The notes below the pieces were generated by a model. That model was not told the DNA's origin and searched no databases. It saw only the letters and a program-made list of their open reading frames with translations. A stretch of DNA of 61,604 bases, taken from positions 1 through 61,604 of the forward strand of contig CAAEBO010000045.1 in NCBI GenBank assembly GCA_900754085.1. Direction: 5' to 3'. Below, one piece after another: positions 1 through 9,362 of the stretch; the stretch's first letter is position 1; each line of letters begins with the position of its first letter. The position numbers and the translations under genes were made by a program. Source of the stretch: Clostridia bacterium (GTDB lineage: Bacteria; Bacillota; Clostridia; TANB77; CAG-508).

Positions 1-125
1 AGTGATTCGGGTGTCAAAACATGATTCTGTAAACTATGAGTGTATAATACGTTATCCACGGCTGGGGATATAGCATGTTTTGACACAAAAAGTTTATAAT
101 TAAATATAATTATAATATTAATATA

Positions 126-794
126 ATGAAATCAGTAAGCAATAATATTGAAGGAATACAGGAAGAAAATAATTATGCTATTACTATAACTGAACACAGG
201 ATCGATCATGAAAACAAAAGAGAATTTACAGCAATAACTGAACATTATTATAAAGATAATAAATATAAAACTAGAGAATTTTGTGAAAGAGCATCTTTTG
301 ATGTGAAAAATAAAGATATATATTATTATGGGGAGATTAATACCGAAAATAGAATAAAAATAGTAGAAGATACAAAGATGGTTTACAAAGAAAGTAGAAA
401 TTATGACTATGTAAAAAGAGGAGATTTTTTAAGAGATTTAAAAAATACAATCGGAATATTTAATGTAGATTTAGGAGCTTTTAACAATATATTTATTAAA
501 AGTAGATATCAAGTTAGAATTGATAGATACAATGGAAAGGAATGCTATGTTTTAAAATCAGAAAATAATGAAGGATATAGTGAAATTTGGATTGAAAAAG
601 ATTCTATGCTAACTGTTAGAACAATACAAGATATTTATAATATTAGTTATACTGAAAAAGATTATAAGATAGCTATTAATTCTGTTAAAGATGAAGATTT
701 AATAGTTCCGGATTTAGAAGGGTATAAAGTAGAAGAATATATTAATAATGTTAATGAAGAATATCTTGAACTATATAAAAATTTTGAAAATTAA
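126..794 (+). CDS. hypothetical protein, 222 aa, no family recognised
   Basis: Long isolated ORF on + strand followed by a weak hairpin plus T run (~815-842). No TM segment, signal peptide or catalytic motif recognised. Confidence 0.5.
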   Translation: MKSVSNNIEGIQEENNYAITITEHRIDHENKREFTAITEHYYKDNKYKTREFCERASFDVKNKDIYYYGEINTENRIKIVEDTKMVYKESRNYDYVKRGDFLRDLKNTIGIFNVDLGAFNNIFIKSRYQVRIDRYNGKECYVLKSENNEGYSEIWIEKDSMLTVRTIQDIYNISYTEKDYKIAINSVKDEDLIVPDLEGYKVEEYINNVNEEYLELYKNFEN

Positions 795-901
795 TGTAAT
801 AAAACGATATAGGTATCAAATGTTTTTCGCAATTTGATTTTTGAGCATAAATATGTTATCATTACTGTTTGCATATTAAAAATAGCAAATAAGGAGGCAA
901 C

Positions 902-1876
902 ATGAAAAAAATTTTTAAGAACTTATTTATGATAGCATGTATAATCATTTCTGTAGGATTATGCTCTACGATATTTGGGTCAAACAATTCATTAACATGG
1001 GTAGGAATAATTGTAGGTATAATGTTATATTGGAAATTAGATATAGGAGTTAACAAAAAAGAAGCACCAATAGTAATACTAGCACTATTTGCTTTTACAG
1101 GGATAGCCAATAGAATAGCAGAAATAAATCCGATTTTAGGATTAATTGTAAATTTAATTTCAATATTTATTATTATGTATATTCCGTCTGAAAAACCAGA
1201 ATATAAAGCATATATACCATTTGTACTAATATACATTTTAGATCAATCAAATGTTGCTGTGGGAGAAGACTTTTATACTAGAATGTTAAGTTTAGTAATA
1301 GGTGGAATAATAACTGGAGCAGTATATTATTTTAGGCATAAAAATTCGGAAGAAGGAAAACATATAAGCAACATTATGAAAGACATAGATATAACATCAT
1401 CTAGGTTTATAATATCTATTAGGATGGCTATAGGTGTAAGTATTGCAATACTTATAGGAACATTGTTAAACTTGCAAAGAACTATGTGGATTTCTATGTC
1501 GGTAATGTCTTTAACACAATTAGAATTTGAGACAACAAAGGAGAGATTCAAACATAGAATTGTATATACATTAATTGGTGCAGTAGCTTTTGTACTACTA
1601 TTCCAAGTATTAATACCAGAAAAATATGACGCATTAGCAAGTATAGCATTAAGTTATATATATACGTTTATAAAAGATTATAAACATCAAATTATATTTA
1701 TAACAGTAAATGCATTAAGTGCTTCTATGGTAATATTTGATCCAACAGAAGCAATAGGAACAAGGATATTATTAATAATATCTGGATGCATGTTAGCAAT
1801 GGTTATAAATAAAATAGACTTTAAAAAGCCAATGCTTGCGATAAAAGAGCGTTTTGCAAAACCAGATATCGCATAA
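902..1876 (+). CDS. polytopic membrane protein, FUSC/ArAE (aromatic acid exporter)-like
   Basis: AAGGAGG just upstream of ATG. Two blocks of hydrophobic helices separated by a charged loop (RHKNSEEGKH). Family call by overall resemblance only. Confidence 0.45.
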   Translation: MKKIFKNLFMIACIIISVGLCSTIFGSNNSLTWVGIIVGIMLYWKLDIGVNKKEAPIVILALFAFTGIANRIAEINPILGLIVNLISIFIIMYIPSEKPEYKAYIPFVLIYILDQSNVAVGEDFYTRMLSLVIGGIITGAVYYFRHKNSEEGKHISNIMKDIDITSSRFIISIRMAIGVSIAILIGTLLNLQRTMWISMSVMSLTQLEFETTKERFKHRIVYTLIGAVAFVLLFQVLIPEKYDALASIALSYIYTFIKDYKHQIIFITVNALSASMVIFDPTEAIGTRILLIISGCMLAMVINKIDFKKPMLAIKERFAKPDIA

Positions 1877-1953
1877 TATATAAAAATTAACTCTTGAGGA
1901 TATAGGGAAAATATGGTATAATAAAAAACAGATTGACCATATAAGGAGTAATT

Positions 1954-2556
1954 ATGGATATAGATGAAAAAAAGGCTGCAGTACAAGCAATTCTATTTGC
2001 AGCAGGTAGAGAAGTTAAGTTAAACGAAATAATGTCTAGTTTAGAGCTAGGGGAAGAAGAAGCGATTTCTATTTTAAATAGTATGGCTTCCGATTTTGAA
2101 GAAAAAAAATCTGGAATAAAATTAATAAGAATGGAAGACTCATATCAATTAGCAACAAAAACAGATTACCATAAATATGTATATCCAGTGATAGACAAAA
2201 GAAATAAACCTAATTTATCTAATGCAGCATTGGAAACATTAGCAATTATTGCATATAATCCAAAAATCACAAGAGCACAAATAGAGGAAATTAGAGGAGT
2301 AAACTCGGATGGTGCAATATATAAATTACTAGAATATGAACTAATAGAAAATGCAGGAAAGCTTAATGCACCAGGAAAACCAGTTACATATAAAACTACA
2401 AACGAATTTTTAAAAAAGTTTGGGTATAATAGTTTAGAAGAATTACCAGAACTTCCAAAATATAAGTTGGACGAAAACGAACAAATTGTATTAGACGAAT
2501 TTGAAGATCCAGCAGAGGCTCCAATGCCCGCTGAGGGTGTAGAAGAGAATTTATAA
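1954..2556 (+). CDS. scpB: segregation and condensation protein B
   Basis: AAVQAILFAAGREVKLNEI at N-terminus, LSNAALETLAIIAYNPKITRAQIEEIRGV in the second winged helix, acidic C-tail. Typical ScpB size (200 aa). Confidence 0.85.
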   Translation: MDIDEKKAAVQAILFAAGREVKLNEIMSSLELGEEEAISILNSMASDFEEKKSGIKLIRMEDSYQLATKTDYHKYVYPVIDKRNKPNLSNAALETLAIIAYNPKITRAQIEEIRGVNSDGAIYKLLEYELIENAGKLNAPGKPVTYKTTNEFLKKFGYNSLEELPELPKYKLDENEQIVLDEFEDPAEAPMPAEGVEENL

Positions 2557-2589
2557 GGCTAAAAGAAAAAAATAAATTGGAGGTTAATT

Positions 2590-4029
2590 ATGGGAGATAA
2601 TAAAAATTTTGTAAAAGATATAACAAATATAGAAGAAGACTTTGCACAATGGTATACAGATATTGTGTTAAAAGCAGAGCTTGCAGATTATACAGACGTA
2701 AAAGGATTTATATCAATACGTCCTTATGGTTTTGCAATATGGGAAAATATTCAAAATTATGCAGATAAAAAATTTAAAGAAAATGGAGTTAAAAACCTTT
2801 CTATGCCAGTTTTAATTCCAGAAAGTTTATTAAATAAAGAAAAAGATCATGTGGAAGGATTTGCACCAGAGGTAGCATGGGTAACACATGGTGGTGGTAG
2901 CAAATTAGAAGAAAGACTATGTGTAAGGCCAACATCAGAAACAATATTCTGCAATATGTATGCTAAATGGTTAAATTCATGGAGAGACTTACCATTTTTA
3001 TGCAACCAATGGTGTAACGTATTAAGATGGGAAAAAGAAACGAGACCATTTTTACGTTCGAGAGAATTTTTATGGCAAGAAGGTCATACAATCCATGAAA
3101 CAGCAGAAGAAGCAAAAGGATTTACATTAAGAATGTTAGATGTTTATGAAGAAGTTTTAGAAGATTTATTAGCTCTTCCTGTTTTAAAAGGTCAAAAAAC
3201 AGAAACAGAAAAATTTGCAGGAGCAGAAGCAACATATACTGTAGAAACATTAATGCATGATGGTAGAGCTTTACAAGGAGGAACATCACATTACTTTGGT
3301 CAAAATTTTGCTAAGCCATTCGAAGTAAAATTCCAAAACAGAGAAGGAAAAGAAGAATATGCCTACCAAACATCTTGGGGAATAAGTACAAGGTTAATTG
3401 GTGCAATAATTATGGCACATGGAGATAACAGAGGATTAAAACTACCACCAAAAGTGGCTCCAATCCAAGTTGTTGTAGTTCCAGTAGCTCAACAAAAAGA
3501 CGGAGTTATAGAAAAGGCAACAGAACTTACTAATAACTTAAAGAAGGAGTTTAGAGCCGAAATAGATACAAGAGATAATTATACACCAGGATATAAATTT
3601 AATTATTGGGAAATGAAAGGTGTTCCAGTAAGATTAGAAATAGGACCACGTGATATAGAAAATAACCAATGTGTTTTAGTTAGACGTGATACATTAGAAA
3701 AAGAAATTGTAAGTTTAGATAATGTAAACACAAGAATTACAGAACTATTAGAAGAAATACAAAAAAATATGTTTAATATGGCAAAAGAAAATGCTGAAAA
3801 TAAAACAACAATTGCTAAAAACTTAGAAGAATTCGAAAATAATATAAACACAAACCAAGGTTATGTAAAAACAATGTGGTGTGGAAGTGCAGAATGTGAA
3901 GAAAAAATACATGACTTAACTGGTGCAAAATCAAGATGTATACCATTTAACCAAGAACATGTTTCTGATACTTGTGTATGCTGTGGTAAACCAGCAACTA
4001 AAATGGTCGTTTGGGGAAGACAATATTAA
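2590..4029 (+). CDS. proS: proline--tRNA ligase (short archaeal/eukaryote-like class IIa form)
   Basis: [50 protein letters not shown]-terminal Cys cluster (CGSAEC...CVCCGKPA) and terminal Tyr. Confidence 0.9.
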   Translation: MGDNKNFVKDITNIEEDFAQWYTDIVLKAELADYTDVKGFISIRPYGFAIWENIQNYADKKFKENGVKNLSMPVLIPESLLNKEKDHVEGFAPEVAWVTHGGGSKLEERLCVRPTSETIFCNMYAKWLNSWRDLPFLCNQWCNVLRWEKETRPFLRSREFLWQEGHTIHETAEEAKGFTLRMLDVYEEVLEDLLALPVLKGQKTETEKFAGAEATYTVETLMHDGRALQGGTSHYFGQNFAKPFEVKFQNREGKEEYAYQTSWGISTRLIGAIIMAHGDNRGLKLPPKVAPIQVVVVPVAQQKDGVIEKATELTNNLKKEFRAEIDTRDNYTPGYKFNYWEMKGVPVRLEIGPRDIENNQCVLVRRDTLEKEIVSLDNVNTRITELLEEIQKNMFNMAKENAENKTTIAKNLEEFENNINTNQGYVKTMWCGSAECEEKIHDLTGAKSRCIPFNQEHVSDTCVCCGKPATKMVVWGRQY

Positions 4030-4044
4030 TATAAAATAAAGAAG

Positions 4045-4084
4045 AAGCTGTATCATACTTAATAGTAAAGGTACAGCTTTTTTA
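4045..4084 (+). terminator. putative rho-independent terminator after proS
   Basis: AAGCTGTA (4045-4052) pairs with TACAGCTT (4072-4079), followed by a T run. Large loop, so only moderate. Confidence 0.5.
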
Positions 4085-4092
4085 TATAGTAG

Positions 4093-4119
4093 GAAATTTC
4101 TCCTGATAGGAGAAATTTC
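4093..4119. repeat. perfect 12-bp inverted repeat GAAATTTCTCCT-GAT-AGGAGAAATTTC
   Basis: Read directly. No T run on either side, so not a canonical terminator; possible operator or RNA hairpin. Confidence 0.6.
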
Positions 4120-4136
4120 TGTACTAGAGAATTATG

Positions 4137-4189
4137 GCATACCTTAGATTTTCTTAGAATTTACATTTGTTAGAAAATCTTAGGTATGC
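4137..4189 (+). terminator. long hairpin element, family B copy 1 (18-bp stem, conserved 17-nt loop, T run)
   Basis: GCATACCTTAGATTTTCT / AGAAAATCTTAGGTATGC with one mismatch; loop TAGAATTTACATTTGTT; followed by TTTTG. Near-identical loop to the copy at 8458-8506. Confidence 0.7.
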
Positions 4190-4275
4190 TTTTGTATATA
4201 ATATAAAAATTAGTAAATTAATTCAATTTTAATGTGACTTGATTAGATAGTCCAGTTGTAATAATAATAATTATA

Positions 4276-5172
4276 TTAAAAATCTCTTCCATCATCTTCT
4301 TCTTTAGAAAGATTGTTATCTATTTTTGAATTTTTTAAAACATCTTTAGCAGAATCAGAATAATCTTTATTTGTAGAATTTTCTATATAATCGTTAAGTC
4401 CATCTTTTAAATTAGTTACACATTTATTCATTTTTAACCAGTATGCTGTTTTTTCTTTCTTTTCATTGCTAACATTAGAAGAATCGCGTAGATCTTTATA
4501 ATGTAGATAAACATCTTTTGCGAAATCCTTAGGTAATTTGACATTTATAGATTTAGAATCTACACCACTATCAAATTCATAAGAAACTTTAGTATAATTT
4601 AATTTTAATGTAACATCGCTACCGCAAATATTAGCTTCATTATATGATTCTAAACTATAATCATTAAAGAAAGATTTATCATTTGGATTTTTTTCGAAAT
4701 ATGTATCTTCTGCTACATATTGTATTAAATTGTTTGTGTTTTTAAAAAGTTCAGTTTTATCATACTCGTCTAAAGAATATTCAGTAGATGCAATCCTTGC
4801 ATTATTTATGCTAGAACCTACAACTCCACCAAGTAAAACCGCAGCAGAAAGCATACCAGCAGCAATTAATCTTTGTGCATTTCTTTTACGTGAAGAACTG
4901 TAATTGCGTTTTTTATTAGGATTAGGTTTTCTTATTGGTTGAGGATTATTATTTTTGGTATTTCTTGGACGCCTGTTTCTATCAGAACGAGAAGAAGTAC
5001 GAGTTCCTTGCGGATTTCCTTTAGAAGACCTAGAAAATGTTCCTAAAAATGCAGTATCTAATCCATTTGTAGCTTCTTTTTGATTTTCTAAAAATTTCTT
5101 ATAGCGCAATTCGTCTAAACTAACAATATTATCTTTATCATTCATAAAATTTATTCCTTTCATTTGTATCAT
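4276..5172 (-). CDS. hypothetical single-pass membrane protein with polybasic N-terminal region
   Basis: N-terminal R/K/N/P-rich tract (RSDRNRRPRNTKNNNPQPIRKPNPNKKRN), one TM helix (LIAAGMLSAAVLLGGVVGS), about 170-aa C-terminal domain. No family recognised. Confidence 0.55.
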   Translation of the reverse strand: MIQMKGINFMNDKDNIVSLDELRYKKFLENQKEATNGLDTAFLGTFSRSSKGNPQGTRTSSRSDRNRRPRNTKNNNPQPIRKPNPNKKRNYSSSRKRNAQRLIAAGMLSAAVLLGGVVGSSINNARIASTEYSLDEYDKTELFKNTNNLIQYVAEDTYFEKNPNDKSFFNDYSLESYNEANICGSDVTLKLNYTKVSYEFDSGVDSKSINVKLPKDFAKDVYLHYKDLRDSSNVSNEKKEKTAYWLKMNKCVTNLKDGLNDYIENSTNKDYSDSAKDVLKNSKIDNNLSKEEDDGRDF

Positions 5173-5241
5173 ATAAAATTTAACGTCATTGTACTACTAA
5201 AATCTTTATTAGTCAATTCAAGAATAATTTTATAAATAATG

Positions 5242-5270
5242 TTTACAATAAAAATTGCATATGGTATAAT
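5242..5270 (+). promoter_or_regulatory. sigma-A type promoter for 5295-6239
   Basis: TTTACA (5242-5247), 17-nt spacer, TATAAT (5265-5270) preceded by TG (extended -10). Confidence 0.6.
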
Positions 5271-5294
5271 TTTTTAGGTAAAGAGGTGAAGTAA

Positions 5295-6239
5295 TTGAAC
5301 CAAATATTAGCAGTAGAAAATAAGCAAAAAAAGAAAAAAAATACTACAGCAGATATAAAAAAGGTAATAACAGTTTTTTGTGTAATAACAATATTATTTG
5401 GAATTGCAATAACTGGACAAGGAGTATATGCTATTGTAAATAACTTTAAAACAGATACAAAAACCGAAGTTCCGGAACAAAATATAGCAATAAATAGCGA
5501 TACAAATACTGGAAAAGTTATAATTTCTGGTACAGTTCCAAATGGTGTTCAAAAAATAATATATAAATGGAATGAAGAAGAAGAGCAAGAAATTACTAAG
5601 AATGGTGAAACACAAATAAACGAAGAAATAGAATTACCAGTAGGTAATAATAAATTAAGTGTAACTATAGTAGATATGAAAAATAGCTTTACACCATATA
5701 CAAAAGAATTTACAGCAGATTTAGATTTACCACAATTAGCCTTAAGCTTAAGTGAAGACGGATCAAAAATAAAAATAGTTGCAAAAGATATGACAGAATT
5801 ATCTTATATAACTTATCAATGGGATGATGCTGACATTCAAACTATATATCCAGAAGAAAATTCAAAAGCTCAATTAGAAACAGAGATAGATGCAATGGCT
5901 GGAAAACATAAATTAACAGTAATAGCAGTAAACACAAATAATAAAACAACAACTAAAACACAAGAAGTAGATGGAGTAGATCAATCTGCAAAACCATCAG
6001 TAAGTGCTTCAATAGATTCAGCAGATAGGTCAAAAATATTATTCTCTGCAACAGATGCAAATGGTCTAAAGAATTTAGCATTTACAATAAATGGACAAAG
6101 ATACGAATTACCAGCGAGTGAAAACCAAAAAGAATTGCAATATACTTTCCAAGTAAAAGAGGGACATTATTCTATAAGTGTCGAAGCAGAAAATATATAT
6201 GGACAAAAAGAAGCTCAGAATTTTATTTATGATTATTAA
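5295..6239 (+). CDS. hypothetical membrane-anchored protein with three Ig-like internal repeats
   Basis: TTG start 5 nt after AGAGGTGA. N-terminal K-rich stretch plus TM helix (VITVFCVITILFGIAITG). Three ~75-aa modules of similar pattern, each ending G.(H/N)(K/Y)L(S/T)V...N. Confidence 0.55.
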   Translation: MNQILAVENKQKKKKNTTADIKKVITVFCVITILFGIAITGQGVYAIVNNFKTDTKTEVPEQNIAINSDTNTGKVIISGTVPNGVQKIIYKWNEEEEQEITKNGETQINEEIELPVGNNKLSVTIVDMKNSFTPYTKEFTADLDLPQLALSLSEDGSKIKIVAKDMTELSYITYQWDDADIQTIYPEENSKAQLETEIDAMAGKHKLTVIAVNTNNKTTTKTQEVDGVDQSAKPSVSASIDSADRSKILFSATDANGLKNLAFTINGQRYELPASENQKELQYTFQVKEGHYSISVEAENIYGQKEAQNFIYDY

Positions 6240-6259
6240 AAAATATAATATAAAGCATT

Positions 6260-6286
6260 AAAAGACAGGTTTATCCTGTCTTTTAA
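6260..6286 (+). terminator. rho-independent terminator
   Basis: AAAAGACAGG-TTTAT-CCTGTCTTTT followed by T-rich sequence. Confidence 0.75.
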
Positions 6287-6303
6287 TACACAGAGGGAGA
6301 AAA

Positions 6304-7077
6304 ATGGAAAACGAAATAATAAAAATAATATTTTACTTTTTTTTATATTCATTATTGGGTTGGGCAATGGAGTCAACTTATCTTTCAATAGGTCAAAGAA
6401 AACTGGTTAACACAGGATTTATGCATGGACCATTTTGCCCAATTTATGGTTTTGGAGCAGTAGTTTTATATGTACTTTTAATAAAGCTAAAAGGAAATCC
6501 AATTGCAATATTTTGTGTAGGATTTTTTGTTTTATCAGTTTGGGAATACTTTGTAGGATTTTTATTAGAAAAAATATTTAAAACTAAATATTGGGATTAT
6601 TCAAATAATAAATTTAATATAAATGGAAGAGTATGTTTGCTAAATTCTATATACTGGGGATTATTAAGTATATTTTTTATAGAAATATGGAATCCTTTAG
6701 TAGAAGCTCAAATGCATAAAATACCTACAAATATTGTTTTTTATATAGACATTATTTTAATAATATACATAATAATAGACTTTATTACAAGTGCAGTAAA
6801 AACTTCAAACTTACAAAAGAGAATTAAAAATGTAATACAAATAGGAGAAACTTTAAAAGAAAGATTAGAAGAACTTAAAAAGACTTCTTCAGAAAAACAA
6901 AAAGTTGCTTTACAAAAAGTAATAGATGATTTAAAATTAAGACAAAAGACGATGAGAAATAAAATAGATAAACAAGTTATAAAATTAAATAAGGCATTTC
7001 CATCTATTCAATCTGAACACATAAAAGAATATGTAAAACTAAAGGTAAAAGAAATAAAAAATAAGAAAAAGGAGTAA
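6304..7077 (+). CDS. putative ABC-transporter type IV (CmpB/PF06541-like) membrane protein with coiled-coil tail
   Basis: N-terminus FFLYSLLGWAMESTY...NTGFMHGPFCPIYGFGAV resembles that family as I recall it. Four or five TM helices, K/E-rich C-terminus. Confidence 0.55.
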   Translation: MENEIIKIIFYFFLYSLLGWAMESTYLSIGQRKLVNTGFMHGPFCPIYGFGAVVLYVLLIKLKGNPIAIFCVGFFVLSVWEYFVGFLLEKIFKTKYWDYSNNKFNINGRVCLLNSIYWGLLSIFFIEIWNPLVEAQMHKIPTNIVFYIDIILIIYIIIDFITSAVKTSNLQKRIKNVIQIGETLKERLEELKKTSSEKQKVALQKVIDDLKLRQKTMRNKIDKQVIKLNKAFPSIQSEHIKEYVKLKVKEIKNKKKE

Positions 7078-7080
7078 ATT

Positions 7081-8007
7081 ATGATACAAGAGATATATAT
7101 AATCGATGATGATAAATACTCATTACAAGATTTAAAACAACTATTTGCAGATAACGAAGAATATAAGTTCGTAAATGTATCTACAGAAGAAATAAATAAA
7201 GCTTTAATGAATATTCCATCACTAATTATAATAAATGAAGATAATGTAGATAGAGATATAGAAGAATTATGTGCTACTATAAGAAAGAATGAAGATAATA
7301 GTATAACTCCAATAATAGTTATTTCTTCTAATGCAGATAAAAACCACAGACTAAATGTTTTAAAGAAAGCGGTAGAATACTATATAAGAAAACCAGTTGA
7401 CCAAGATTATTTGTATTATACAATTAAAAATTTAATGAGGCTAATGTATACAAATAGACGTGTTAGTCCATTAACTGGATTACCAGGAAATGTACAAATA
7501 CATGCAGAGTTAAAAAAGAGGTTGTTTAATAAAGAAGAATTTGGCGTATTATATTTAGACTTAGATAACTTTAAAGCATACAATGATGTATATGGATTTA
7601 TTAAAGGTGACGAAATAATAAAATTTACAGCAAGAACAATTGTAAGAAATGTACATAAATTGCAAAATAATGATTGCTTCGTTGGTCATATTGGTGGTGA
7701 CGATTTTGTAGCTATAGTTTCTAAAACAGATTATGATGAAATATGCAAAAATATTATTAACGATTTTGATACAGAAATATTAAGCTACTTTACAGAAGAA
7801 GATAGAAAAAGAGGATATATAGAAGTAGCAAATAGAAGAGGAATTTTGGAAGATTTCCCGCTTACTTCAATTTCTATTGGTGTAGTAGATGCAGGTATAG
7901 ATAGATTTGAAAATATATTAGAAATAGGAGAAGTTGGTGCACAAGTAAAACATTTAGCAAAAACAATACTTGGTAGCAGTTATGTAATAGATAGAAGAAA
8001 AGAATAA
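7081..8007 (+). CDS. response-regulator receiver fused to a GGDEF-like nucleotide cyclase domain (motif GGDDF)
   Basis: REC: IYIIDDD..., IIVISS, YIRKP. Cyclase: PLTGLPGN, YLDLDNFKAYNDVYGFIKGDEIIK, VGHIGGDDFVAIV. Confidence 0.75.
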   Translation: MIQEIYIIDDDKYSLQDLKQLFADNEEYKFVNVSTEEINKALMNIPSLIIINEDNVDRDIEELCATIRKNEDNSITPIIVISSNADKNHRLNVLKKAVEYYIRKPVDQDYLYYTIKNLMRLMYTNRRVSPLTGLPGNVQIHAELKKRLFNKEEFGVLYLDLDNFKAYNDVYGFIKGDEIIKFTARTIVRNVHKLQNNDCFVGHIGGDDFVAIVSKTDYDEICKNIINDFDTEILSYFTEEDRKRGYIEVANRRGILEDFPLTSISIGVVDAGIDRFENILEIGEVGAQVKHLAKTILGSSYVIDRRKE

Positions 8008-8126
8008 ATACTTTTGTTCTATGTTAATAATTCTATAAAGAAAATTATAAATTAAATTAATATCGTTCTAATACAACCCCTAAATGAATACATTGTAACA
8101 AAAGTATTCACATGGGGGTTTTCTTT

Positions 8127-8396
8127 ATGAAAAATCTATCAATAGAAAAACGTGCAATAGAACTTGCACATTATATTATAAATTCAAAAGATACAGTAAG
8201 GGGTGCGGCTTCTAAATTTGGAATTAGTAAGAGTACAGTACACAAGGACTTAAGTGAAAGATTACTAAAGATAAACCCAGTATTGGCAAAGGAAGTACGA
8301 AAAATATTAGATAAAAATAAAGCAGAAAGACACATAAGAGGAGGAATGGCAACAAAACTAAAATATAGCCATATAAAGGAAGATAAAGCGGGATAA
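8127..8396 (+). CDS. spoIIID: sporulation transcriptional regulator SpoIIID
   Basis: KFGISKSTVHKDLSERL...NPVLAKEVRKILD...RHIRGGMATKLKY closely parallels B. subtilis SpoIIID. Start moved to ATG 8127 (GGGGG 8 nt upstream) rather than track start 8112. Confidence 0.9.
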   Translation: MKNLSIEKRAIELAHYIINSKDTVRGAASKFGISKSTVHKDLSERLLKINPVLAKEVRKILDKNKAERHIRGGMATKLKYSHIKEDKAG

Positions 8397-8457
8397 ATAT
8401 GAGTCTTTAAGTTATGGATTCATAAAGTTAAACATAATAATTTTATATAACTATGAA

Positions 8458-8506
8458 GTACCTAGAATTTTCTTAGAGTTTACATTTACTAGAAGATTTT
8501 AGGTAC
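8458..8506 (+). terminator. long hairpin element, family B copy 2
   Basis: GTACCTAGAATTTTCT / AGAAGATTTTAGGTAC (16 bp including 2 G-T), loop TAGAGTTTACATTTACT, then ATTTTT. The loop differs from the copy at 4137 at only 3 of 17 positions, while the stem differs at several positions but stays base-paired. Confidence 0.7.
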
Positions 8507-8573
8507 ATTTTTATATTTAACTTAATAGTAACAAGCCCTACTATATTACCATAAAATATAGTAGGTGATAGTA

Positions 8574-9362
8574 ATGAATAAAATAAAAAAAGGAAGTGTT
8601 GTAATAAAAAAAACAGACAATAATAAAATTGTTTTTATAGTAGAAAAAATAAAAGTAGAGAGAAGAAGAAAAATAGCAACATTAAAAGGTGTATATGTAC
8701 GAATTATAGAAAAGCTTCCTGTAGAAGAACTAGAATTGGTAGACCGAAAATATGTAAATAAATATATAGAAGAAAAGACAAAAATTCTAGAAAATAAAAT
8801 TTACAAAAGAAGAAACTCATATAATAATATAAAAACAGGTAAAATACTTCATTTAGATGGAGATAAAAGATATATGGAAAAATCGTATAAATATTATAAA
8901 AAATTAGGTCTAAATGCTATAGTGAAATATGTTCCAGAAGAAAGACAAGAGTATGTAGTAAAAGATATTATATCTAAATATGAACCAGATATTTTAGTAA
9001 TAACAGGACATGATGGAATGATAAAAAAAGGAAGAAACTATAATGATATATATAATTACATGAATTCCAGATTTTTCGTAAATACAGTAAAGAAAGCAAG
9101 AGAACATAAAATGGGAAATAATTTGGTTATATTCGCAGGAGCTTGCCAAAGTTTTTTTGAAGCGCTAATAGATGCAGGTGCAAACTTTGCTTCATCACCG
9201 GGCAGAGTATTAATAGATTTTGCAGATCCATTAATAGTAGCAGAGAGGATTGCTACTACAGATAGTGACTATTATATAACGATAAATGATATAGCAAATG
9301 ACTTAAGAGATGGAAAAGACGGAATTGGAGGCATTGGAGCAAGAGGAAAAAAGAGAAAGTAA
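8574..9362 (+). CDS. yabG: sporulation-specific cysteine protease YabG (peptidase U57)
   Basis: ILVITGHDGM, YNYMNSRFFVNTVKKAR, LVIFAGACQSFFEALIDAGANFASSPGRVLI. Start set to ATG 8574 after AGGTGA. Confidence 0.85.
   Translation: MNKIKKGSVVIKKTDNNKIVFIVEKIKVERRRKIATLKGVYVRIIEKLPVEELELVDRKYVNKYIEEKTKILENKIYKRRNSYNNIKTGKILHLDGDKRYMEKSYKYYKKLGLNAIVKYVPEERQEYVVKDIISKYEPDILVITGHDGMIKKGRNYNDIYNYMNSRFFVNTVKKAREHKMGNNLVIFAGACQSFFEALIDAGANFASSPGRVLIDFADPLIVAERIATTDSDYYITINDIANDLRDGKDGIGGIGARGKKRK

Noticed and set aside
2557-2589. T-box or other riboswitch leaders upstream of proS, and of leuS (20978-21101)
   Set aside because: The leaders are too short (33 nt for proS, about 120 nt for leuS). I see no T-box motif or specifier/antiterminator architecture.
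8008-8111. Sigma-E type promoter for spoIIID (GAATACATT resembling CATACA-T)
   Set aside because: One mismatch in the -10 and no convincing -35 at the right distance. Plausible but not supportable by eye.
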